Assembly: GCA_028717245.1 (NCBI GenBank)
Contig: JAQUOD010000002.1
Location: 76,772 to 140,771 of the forward strand
Source: Candidatus Omnitrophota bacterium
Lineage (GTDB): Bacteria; Omnitrophota; Gorgyraeia; Gygaellales; Profunditerraquicolaceae
Direction: 5' to 3'
DNA: 64,000 bases
Shown here: positions 51,301 to 63,300 of the stretch, piece after piece
Position numbering within the stretch: position 1 is the stretch's first letter
Layout of the letters: each line of letters starts with the position of its first letter
The notes under the pieces: generated by a model
Databases searched by the model: none
What the model saw: the letters and a program-made list of their open reading frames with translations, nothing else
What the model was told of the DNA's origin: nothing
Position numbers and translations under genes: made by a program

Positions 51301-54300
51301 GGAGCATGGAAGCAGGCATTAGAATTAAGCCAAGATAAGGAACGTTGGCAAAGAATACAGGCCAGCGCCCCGGCAACAGTCAAAACTTGGGATACCCAGT
51401 TTATCAAATACGCCAAAATTATGAAGGAGGCAAGGGCCAGGCAACATGCTACCAGGGTAGTAAAGGATATTTTAGGTTATATCAAGAGCAATATCGAAAC
51501 TTCAGGCCCGCAGGTGGCAGTTAAGCCAGAGTCATTTCTCTATCGCCTTTACCATAGCTTAAATAGGACAATTAATGGGATTATGAAAGAGATTGAGGAA
51601 AGAAAAATTAATCCTTTTGTTAAACTAAACCTGATGAAATTCTCAGAGGAGCCCAAGGACGACCGGCTTTTAGAAGTTGACCGCGAGATGCGTGTAGGGT
51701 TCTTCCCTATAGCAGGAAATCCTCTAACTTGGGCTCATATTTTAACTTCATTAATGGCATTAGAGCTTTTGGGGCTTGATACTGTAGTCTATCGGGTACA
51801 AGGTGAAATACGCTATAAAGAATTACCGGAATCAGACCGCGTTCCGGTAAAGGAGCGTCATGAAATGGCGCAGAGAGTAGTAAATAAATTTTATCCTTTA
51901 CTAAGATACACTGATTTAGGCAGTGAACCAAATAATGAAGAAGAGGGTTTTGAAGAGATGTATAGATTCCTCAAGATGAATTCTAACCACAGGATACACC
52001 TTTATTATTTGCTGGGAGTAGAAAACAAAGAACGGGTTTTAAGATATGCTAAACAACAGTATGGCTTACAATCCCGGCATAAAATTGATTCTAACCACGC
52101 TGTAACCGTAGCGTGGATACAGCGGGGAGAATATGGAACCAACATCACTTTAGAAGAATTAAAGGAGACTTACCGGAAAGTGAAGGAGGAAATTGGAGCG
52201 CAGCAGGATATAGATTTAGCGCTCGTTCAACATCCTGAAGTAGATATCAAAGTGAATTCCGGTGATTATCGCAAAAGCCATGATTCTACTATGGTTCCTT
52301 GCGAGATTGATAAAGACGCAAAAGCACATGGTTATTACGGGTATCCCGCGGTTGATTCCGGGAGGACCGGCTCAATTGTTTCTGACCCCGCCCGCTCAAA
52401 GCCAGATAAACCCAATACCTATGATTTGGATGTTCCAGATGATACATTGAGATTTATTGAAGTAAAGACAGAACCGTCTCCGATAAGCCCTAACATTAAC
52501 TTACCTGCCTATCAAATCCAGAGAGCAATCAGAGATAGAGCAGGTAGAGATATCCCCCTTGAACTCATAAGAGAAGCCCTAAGAAAAATACAACTACATT
52601 GGATGGGCATGCCAGTTAAAAATGACAAGATTCATATTTTTTTACCAAAGACTAAATTAGATACGGATGGGATGAGCTCAAGAGATAAATTAGGGATATA
52701 TATTGATGTAGAGCAACGTGCAATCATGGTAAGCAAATACGGAGATAAATTGTTGCAGCTTGGATTAGCAAATTCCTTTAACGTAGAACAAACAAAGATA
52801 AAAGATATTGAAGTAACGACACCAAAAGGAGATATGAAATGGATAGATTTTATACATCAGCAAGGTTTAATCGATAATAAATTGAAAGAGAGATTATGCG
52901 CTCATAGTTTTTCGTTAGAATTCGACCTCTTTATAGTCGAAACATCTGCAGGTAATACCGTAGAATGTAATTATGTCATTAAAGATCAGAGCATCATTTT
53001 CTACTATAAAGGTAATAACATATACTCACAAGTAAAAGGTGGCGTGCCTTTAGATGAACTTGAGCGCATAAGAGGCGTTATAGCCCATATCCATTCACAT
53101 CCAGGAAAGAAAGTTTGGACGAGCATAGGAGATGCTGAGATGTTCAGGAGCCTTGATGAATATAACAAATCTCCTATATTGCATCTGATAATAGGTTTTG
53201 GTTCCAAAAAGGAAGATTATGTTGTGAAGAGTTATAGAATAAAACCGGATTCTATTTTGTTAACTATAAGACCCTCAGATATTGGTTATTATTTTTATCA
53301 AGAATTTTTTGGTCAGCGAAAAACTACAACAGATATAGAGAGAATTCTCTCTGAAGAATTCAACGAAAGAGAGGAAAGCGGGGGGAGTAGTTCTAAGGAC
53401 AACAGAGATGGTTCTATTTCTGGCACTGATCCCGCCTCCTCCAAGTCCGGTAAAGAGATGACTGATGAAGAAGTGGATGCGGAAATTGCCCAGGCCGGGC
53501 CTAAGGTTAGGGAATTTGCTTTGGCCGATAAAGACAACTTTAGGATTCAAGGTGAGGACTTAAGGCCATTCATCAGCCAGTGCCATCCGGAATTCATACC
53601 TCTCTTAAATGAGCAACTCGCAGATTTAGGCCACCTAAGGGCAGGGCCATTTAGTGACTTAGCCGGCGCTATCCGCAACAAACTCTTCTACATTGATGAA
53701 CAAATCCTCATCCAACCTTTAAAACTGCGGCTTGTTATTCTGCATGAATTAGGTAAATTATCCGGAAGGACCCACCAGCAGAACCTGGAGTTAGAAGCAG
53801 AGTATTTAGTAGCTTGCGTTCAAGAGCAAATCAACTCCCAGAAGAACGCTCCTTCTCAAGTTCCCGCTCTCTTTAAGATTACCCTAGAGAATCCTCTTAT
53901 CATCCAAGACGGTGAGGAAACCATCAAGATAACCTATGATGAATTACAGAACTTAAAGAAAAACCTCCCCAAGGTCCTTGCAGAATATGACGTGCGCGGT
54001 AAGGATGAGTATTTTAGCCGTGAGCTCTTAGTCCTCTTAGGTTTAGCATTAGGCACTGCTACCTTTAACTCCCACCACGGGAAAGAGTCTTTGAAGCCAG
54101 GAGATGTTTATTTAGTGGCAGGAGACAATGGCCCCACAACCCCCAAGATGCGTAAATACCTCTCTATGGGTTTAAGGGCAGCAGGCGTAAATGTGGTAGA
54201 TTTAGGCATCATTGTCAGCGGCCAGCTCTATAGCTCTATCTTTAGATTAGGCGCCCAGGGCGGCCTTTACATTACCCGTTCCCATGTTGAAGTAGGCATA

Positions 54301-57300
54301 AACGGCTTTAAGCCCATTGTCGGCAAGACCACCCTTTATGGAGATATGATTCAAAATATTGGCACTCAGATTGATGAAGGCTTAAGGGTTATGCCTGAAG
54401 CAGACAGAGGCAGCACCATCACTAACCTCACCGAATTCACCACCGCTATCTATCAGGCAAAGCTCTTCCATGAGTTCTCTAGCTTAATGAATACCATTAA
54501 GAATCTCCCCCTTAAGGTTGCGGTTGACTTTGGCGGCGGTTCAGCCACCTGGTATGTGGACTTTGCCAAACAGATGTTAGGCGATAAATTAGTCAAGGTC
54601 TTCCGCAGCGAATCTGACCCCACCTGCACCAAGGGCCTGCCTGACCCATCCAGAGCAGATGATAAGTGCGTAGGGCATCCTAAGTCAGCAGGCGATGAGA
54701 GTATCCTGGAGTGGTCCAAGAAAAACCCGGATGTCATCATCTTCCATTTTGACCTGGATACAGACCGCTGCGGCATTACCATTGCCGGCACCCTTTATAA
54801 AGGAGACATCTTATTTTATCCTGTCATTGACTATGCCTTAACCCTCTCAGCCTACAAAGAACACCATAAGGAGTTTTATTTTGATGCCAGGATGAGCCCG
54901 GCTATCGCTGAGCTAATCCAGAACCTTGGCGGCATTGCCAAGATACACCCTAAAGGACATTCCAAGGTTAAGGCCACTGTTGAGAAATTCCTCCAGGGTC
55001 TTGCTCAAAGCTTAGGCTTTGCTTCAGCAGAAGAACTCGTCTCCAAGCTCGGCATTAAGAACCACCAGATGGAATACAGCCTGCATCCTTTTATCACAAT
55101 TGAGAACGGCGCCTGCATTGACGATGCCTTAAGATTTATGTTTAGCTGGTTGGATGCCTTTATCCAGATAAGGCAAAAATACAACCAGCCAAACTGGCTC
55201 TTGGCGGATTATCTTGATTACCTTAAAGACAATAAGGTCATCAGCAACTGGTATTCGCTTAACGAACAGCGCACCCCTATGCAGGAGGAATATAAGAAAG
55301 ATGTGATGAACGAAATGAGGGACGCAGTCACTAAAGCATTTAAAGGAAACAATGATTTTGAATATGTCCTCTGGCAGGACTTTAAAGTAGCCGCCAAGCC
55401 CTTTACCTTAGTGGATATTGAAGGCGTCTATTACTTCCTTACCCCCAAAGGCATCTTCTACTGGGGCTGGTCAAATACCTCCAGCAAAATCACCTTTGGC
55501 GCGCACTCGCGAAGCCAGGAGGATTTACGCGCCTTAGTTGAGATGATGCTGTCTGTTTACCTTAATATAAGGAATGCTAAAACCAATCTTAAGCCCGATT
55601 CAGCGCATATCATACCCCAAGAGACCGCTGCCTTAATGGCGCTATTTAATCAAAAGGACTTGGTAAAGTTGGAAGGGGATATTCTTAATAGATATCCTTC
55701 AGTAGATGTGGCATTGGAGGAGTTGAGGATAAAGTCTGGGTTTAGTAATCTTATATTGGAAACTATAGAAGGACAATTGAGGAGGACATCCGAGATGTTA
55801 CAAATATCCGAGAGCGTAGCGCAAGCGGCAATACTTAAGAGCATAAACAAAACTATGCTCCTGAATGATTTCGCAGAATCAGTGGGTATATCTACAAAGC
55901 AGGCAATTGAGAATATGGTTAAAGCGGGCCTTGCTATAGCTAAAGGCAAAGATGACTATGATTTGACCGGCGATTTCCATAATGAGGATAAATTAAAGGA
56001 ATTTATTAAAATTCAGGTTGCAACATCAAGCAACCCCAAGATGGTAGACCTTACCTTTATTAGAATAGAAAGGATTATCCTCAATTCTATTAATGTTAAT
56101 GAGTTTATAAAGGGGTTAGCAGGGGATAAAGAGCAGAGCGCAGTAATAGATGTCTTAAGCAAGAATAAATTATTCGCCACATTGGTCGCGGTGTGGAAAT
56201 TAAACCGCGCCTTTAAATCAGAAGCCAAAGATGCAATAGGGCTAAAAGTAGAGGATATAGTTGATATTAAAACTACTGAGTTTTATCGCGAGAACGGCGT
56301 AGAAGTAAGTTTCAGCTTGCCTTCTGGAACTTCCGTTAAGAATAAAGAAGTTTTAGCAACGCTCTTAGAATACCAGGCAGCGCTCATGCAGGATTTGGCC
56401 AAGGGCCAATTTAATTATCGCGGCACAGGCACCAGGCAAACCGTAGAACAATTCTTTAACGATTACTTTATGCCAGAGTGGTATGGAGTAATACATAAAT
56501 TTATCCGCCAGCAATTTGATGAACAGGGAGAACCTTTAGAAGCAATCATCAGCAACGGCATCGGCGCCAATGACCAGTTTATGTGGTCGTTGGTTGAGAT
56601 GTATAACCGTAACAAGCCTGCTGGCGCGCCTACGTGGTACCACATAGTTACAGCAAGAGATTTGGTTAAATTACAACATTTGAACCCGGGAAGGACCCTT
56701 TGCATGGAAATTTCCCGTTCCGGAAGCACTTGGGAAGGGATAGAGGCAGCTATCCGCCTGCTCGCCAAGGGCTTTAAGAAAAGAATCACCCTTGCTAACG
56801 GCGGCGCGCTTGCCGCTATAGCTAAGGCAGCCGGTGATTCTGCGTTGATAATAGGTATGAGCCCGGATATCGGCGGAAGGAACATGCACCGTAAAACTAC
56901 GATTTATTATACCGCGCAAACAATAATGGGCATGTTCTTGCCCGAAATGGATTCTAAGGTATTTGCCGCGCTGCATCATAAATTTGATGCGGCTAATGAT
57001 TTTGCTAACAAAGGCAGCATAGCAGTAAGCTCCGGTAAATTCCTGCACGCAGCTATGAAACTGCTGGGCGTTGAACATATCAGCCTTATAACCAATACCG
57101 AGCAGCTGGCATTAATCGGCTCAGAATGGAGCCAGTATGTTATGGAAGGCAGCAATAAAGAAGACATTATCTCCTTAGGCGCGCACAACCTTATCACTGA
57201 ACCCGAAAGCGTCCTGGCCAATTTAGCAAAGAGCCCCGCAGGAAAGATAACCATTGCCATGGCGCTTCTGGATAAAGCCTCAAATAACTATACAAGAGAT

Positions 57301-60300
57301 TTAGCCAGGGTTGAAGAACTAAAAGCGCGTATGCCGCTTATGCTTTTTGTGATTGATTCCAGCGCTTCAGCATTTAAGGGCTTAGACCCGAAACTCCAGG
57401 CGCCATTTGATATATTGTGGACAGATTTTATTACGGTTCTTACTACGTTCTTACGAGTGGATGCGAATTCCAATCCCAATGTTAAAGTAGTGCGCACACT
57501 CACTGCCTCTTATGTAGCAAAATGGAAAGAAACCAAAGAGAGGTATACTAATGATCTCATTGGGAAAAAAGCTACTGACCTTCTTCTAAGTTTTGGTTAT
57601 CCCGGAAAAGAGGAAGAGCAATCAATCGGAACAGTAGAGAAACAAAAGGCCGTAAATAGCGTAGAGGAAGCAAAAGAAAAAGGCCGTAACTTAGCTAGGT
57701 TCTTAGCCAATAAAGGAATGCTTACCGGCCGTAACCGCTTGAACATTTTCTTCGGGGCGGAGGGCCTGGTCAATCTCGCTGTCGGTTTAAGGAATTATAC
57801 CTATAGCACAGATTTATTAACGAAGTGCGGCTGGATTACTGAGACTGGAATCTATCCTATCCGCGCGCATAAAGGCCATGAGGCAACCTTAGCATATTCC
57901 ACAGATCCTAATAGGCCGCTTTTGGCAAATAGGAGTATTGATATATTCTTAAATGTAAGGCGCCTGGGCGATGAGGCTTACTATAATGAGCCTTTCCAGG
58001 ATGTAGCCAGCCAATATACAAATGTTAACGGCGCTAATATACACCAGACCAATGATTCCATGACTTTCCCTAACATCCAGCGCACGGCGCAAGTCTCTCC
58101 GACCATCCTCTTTGAATTTAATGAAACTACCCCAGATGTTCAAAATAAGATAGAGGCCTTTTATAAAGCATTTGTGGATGAGCTGGCAAAAGGGAGTCTT
58201 GGCGATACGGTTGATGGACCTAAATTACCTGATAACGGCGGCGCCAATCTTTCTTCGTCCAAGACGCCGTTAGCAACCAAAGATGCATGGGAAAAGATCG
58301 GAGCGCAGAAGAGGGCCGGGGTTTTAGTGTCGCTATTTTTCGTATATTCTAAAAAAAGTGCGGGCATTGGAGACTTTAGAGACAAAAGGTTAGTGATAGA
58401 TTGGGCTGTTTTGACCGGAAATTCAATACTTCAGGGCCTACCGCTAAATGATATGGGCGCTAATTTTTGTCCTTACGATTCCGACAGTTCTTTCGCCTTA
58501 GATCCCGTATACACATCATTAGAAATGTTATCTACCGGAGAACAGATCAAGGCTAAGATAGAAAAAATAAGGGAGATGTTTCCTGTTGGTAAGCCTTATG
58601 TGGATTATGGAATAAAGAAAGCAAAGATCCAGCTCCTTTGGGAGATTTACACGGGAAATCCTAACCTTGACTCTTCGGAATTCAGAAAATATAGAGAAGA
58701 AAATTCTTATTGGATGGATGATTTCGCGCTCTTTAAAGTCCTGAAAGATTTAGAAGGCGGGAAACCCTGGTATGAATGGGAAGAGGGATATAAAAACCAC
58801 GATAAAGAGGCCTTAGAAAGTCTTCGCAGAGAACACACAAAAGAAATAACTTTTCATATGTGGGTTCAATGGCAGCTGTATGAGCAGCTTAAAGAGGCTA
58901 AAAAATATGCCGAATCCAGAGAAATTTTGCTAAAGGGCGACCTGCCCCTTTTGGTATCTAAGGATAGCGCAGATGTCTGGGCGCATCCGGAATTCTTTAA
59001 ATTGGAGTTTGCCAGCGGGGCGCCTATGGATATGTATTCTGCTTTAGGACAGCGTTGGGGCATGCCTACATATAACTGGGAAACTATTAAAGCCGATAAT
59101 TTTGGATATTTGAAAGAAAAGCTAAAGTATGCCCAAAATTTCTATCACATTTTAAGGATAGACCATGTCGTAGGTTTATTCCGGATTTGGAGCATACCTT
59201 ATAATGAGCCTTTGGAGAATCAAGGCTTAAATGGATTCTTTGACCCTTGTGAAGAGAATAAATGGGAAGGGCACGGCAAAGAGATATTATCCGCGATGCT
59301 TGAGAGCATAGAGATGCTCCTTTGCGCCGAAGATTTAGGGGTTATCCCCAAGGTATGCACTGACACCTTAAAGGAATTCGGTATCCCGGGTAATGATGTC
59401 CAGCGTTGGGCGAAAGACTGGAAAGGAACACGCAATTTCTTGATGCCTGAGGATTACCGTGAACTTTCTGTGGCAATGTTATCTACGCACGACACGACTA
59501 ACTGGCCGGCATGGTGGGAAAATGAAGCCGGGACTGTTGATGAAAACCTTTTTATCAGAAAGTGCGCGCAGCAGGGAATAGATTATAGCAGCGTAAAAGA
59601 GAAATTATTTGATTTAGGCCTCTCAAGGCATGCAAGATTACGCTGGTTAAATAGCGTTACCTCTAGCGATATCTTGGCCGATATTCTAGGAAAAAGAAAA
59701 GAAGAAATAGCTGATTTTATAGAGATGTATGAAAACACATATCAGGAAAAAGAGAAACTCTGGGAAATCCTAAAGCTTATTGGGCCGATGAGAGAAGAAT
59801 GCGATAGTGATATTCTTAGGGCGGCATTGAAACTCAGTTTAGATTCTAATGCAAGATTCTGCGTAAATACTATTATTGATTACCTGTATTTAGCTTCCGA
59901 TATCTTTAAAGGCGACCCATATCAATATCGGATTAATACTCCGGGCACGGTCAGCGAAAAGAACTGGTCTCTTGTTATGCCCATTCCTCTTGAAGAGCTG
60001 TTAGAGCATGGGATAAATAAAGATATACGTAAGATGGTTGAATCTTCGGGAAGGCGCGCGCCTCAATCAATAAAGGAAGACAATTTAGGCCTTACCTTAA
60101 TTATAAATATACACGATCTAGGAGCAGCAAACGTAGATGAAGCAAGGGGGGGGCTATATATTGATGGTGAAAAAATTGTGACTGGCCTCGAAGACCTGAT
60201 AGGCCTCTTTAAAGAAATTGATTTCCCGCTGACCTTTTATCTTTGGGGTTTATTGAAGACCTCTATTGTGTCTCATTTAGTGCACGGACTTGATTACCCG

Positions 60301-63300
60301 GAGGCGACGAAAGAGCAAGATATTAAAGCATATATAGAAGAGCGCAGGGATTATTTTGGCATAGGCAATGAGATAGAAATAATTGAGGCCAAAGCAATTG
60401 GCGGGGATAACCGCCTTTACCTGCAAATGAAAGTGAACGGAAGAACGCTTTCTATGGCTATCGGGTATCCTACTAAACATGCCACCTATAATTATGCAGG
60501 AAAAGAGATTAAACATAGTGAGCGATTTGGTAATTTCTTCTCTCTTGCTGATTATTCTATCACGCCATATTTAAAGGATCGGGTTGAAGCATTGAGAGGG
60601 TTGATAAAGAAAGCGCAAGGTACTAAAAAGAAGGTTATCGTGGATTTTATTCCTTGGTTATCTCCTGAGGTGCTCACTGACGAAAATTATCATTATTTTA
60701 AACATAAGAAGATAGTCTCGGATAAGACCGACGAGGAGATTTTGAAAGAGAAAGAATGCTTCGGCGTAGTATTCTATCCGCAAGACAATGGAAGAGTTTT
60801 TGTATATTGCAGAACAGACTCACAAGATCAGCTTCGCCCTAATTTAAGCGCTAAAACCGAAGATGGCAGATATTATTGGGAAGAATACTATTTAAATTAC
60901 CTGAAATATTTTATAGATGAGTTTGACGTTGATGGGTTCAGGGTGGATATGGCAGAAGAGTTGTGCGACGAAAGCGGCGATTATTCTCTCCTCAAAAGAG
61001 CGCTCTTTAACGCGATAAACTATGCCTCAGAAAAGAATGGAAGAAAGCTGTATTTTGTGCTCGAGGCCTATGCTAATGTTCACCGCAATATTTTCAGGCC
61101 CTGGAACAAAGAATTAAGTTATTATGCGATTAAGACTTATTATAAGGATGTGATGGATAACATTATTAAAGCTGATACCTTGGGGTTACAAGGTTCTTTA
61201 AACTGGGTGATTAATAACCTAGAGGCAGCCCGCACAGAGGCGGTTTTAATTACTCAGTATGACGATGAGAGCCTCGTAGACTCTGTACCAGACGAAGACA
61301 AAAGGCAACAAGTGATAAAAGAGTATATTGCTCTTGCTAAAGGAGGCTACAATGTCATTTTTTATCTTAACTACCTGGCAGGATTTGCCGGTTGCCTGAC
61401 CCCTGCGGCTGGAGGAATGCGCAAGCAATCTGAAGAAGGGCATACATATTATACACATAAGTTTGCTACTCAAGAAGAATTCAAAACAGTAATGGAACTT
61501 TCTTTGCCTGAAATAATCAAGGGTTCTTATTTCTATAAGCTTATGAAAGAATTACCCGAAGTAGAACGTGTAGAGCTGGAAGGGGGAAGATTAATTATAC
61601 ATTATTCAAATACTTTTAGTTGGATTAGGAGAAACGTGCCTGAGCTTGTGGATAAAGTCATTGTCACTCTTTCAATGGAAGGAAACATCCCTGAGTTCGA
61701 AGGATTTGACGCGCAGGATGCCAATACTAAAGGCGGTATGGGCGCGCACTATGGAGATAAGCTGGAAGGCCTCTTTAAATTGGGTATTAAGGCATATGGC
61801 ATCCAGCCGGGATACTCAAAGATGATGAAGGCAGGAAGATTCGATGATGTTGATTACAGCGGGATTATAAATAAAGGTATCCTACAAAGGGTTTATGATT
61901 CTGAAAACAAGCCGCTTGTAATTCCGGTATATGCCTGGGATAATAACGACCCCAATAATGCATATAATAATCCTTTAATCAATGTTGAGGCTTGGAAAGT
62001 CATCCGCGCAGGAACCGTTGATTTCATCTTAAAGTCGCCTATCTTTGATATCCTCTACACGGATGATAGGGTTTGTCGGTTTGCGCAGGAGATAGTTTTT
62101 GGAAAGGCGGCATTCCAGCTTCTTAAGAGGCTAAATATCATTCCTGATATATTACATTTAAATGAAGCGCATACGGTGGTTGCTGCGGCGCTATTAAGAG
62201 CTGATGACTCAACTTTCAGGAAGACAGCAATTGTGTACACTAATCATACGATTGTGCCTGCTGGCCTTGAAGTTTTCTATTCAGGGCAACTAAAGACTGA
62301 TGTAGACCGCATGATGTATCAGATAGGTATTCCCGGAGAAAGGCATAATGAATTCCGTTCGAGATTCTTAAGCTCAGCCGACGTGGTTAATTTCTGCTAT
62401 GCTGCCACCTACTTTGCGGATGTAATAAACGGTGTCAGTAATGAGCATGCCCGGGCGACCGAAAAATTATTTAAAGCTATGTACGGAAAAGGATTTGATG
62501 TGAGTGTTGTGGGCGTTCTTAACGGTTCTGGGAATAGCTGGAAGAATGATAAGTTACTTTCCATCGAGAAGAAAGGAATGACTCCTGCAGAAGAAGAACT
62601 TTGGAACATTCACGAAGAAGGAAAGGCACTTGCCTATACAGAGGTTGAGGCGAGAACCGGCGTTAAACTTGATCCGCGCAAACCAGCACTTTGGGCGGTC
62701 AGAAGGATTGTGGATTATAAGAGCCAATATCCGATGTTAAGATTCTTAGTCGGGCTTATTTGCGCTGAGCGAGAGGCTCGCTTTACAAGAGATGAGCTCA
62801 AGAATTTAATGTTTAAATTTACCCCTGATTTGCAGATAGACTATAACAGGGAATTAACAGAAGCTGTGCTCGATTATATTTTCCAAGATAGAGAATACGT
62901 AAACGGTTTGGGGATGCAGGTTGTGGTAGGCGGGCCTGAGTATAAGTATATGAGATTCTGGGTTGAAGAGTTTAAGAGATGGTCCGAGATACCCGAGCTT
63001 AAGGGCAGGTTTATTTATGTTCCTGACTCTGACACCCGGCTCCTTAAGATGCAGGCGATCGGAGCGGATATATGTATTAATATGCCTAGGCCCCTTGAAG
63101 AAGCCTGCGGTACTTCTGACCAGAGAACAGGCATAAATGGAGGAGTGAACATTGCTATAAGAGGGGCAGGGCCTGTTGAATGGATAACGGATTATAATGA
63201 AGAGACGCGTGAAGGGAGCGGATTCCTGCTTGATTCATACACTAAACTTTCTTCTGAAGGTTTGGTTGCGGATAATGCGCTATTTTACCGTAAAGCCCCT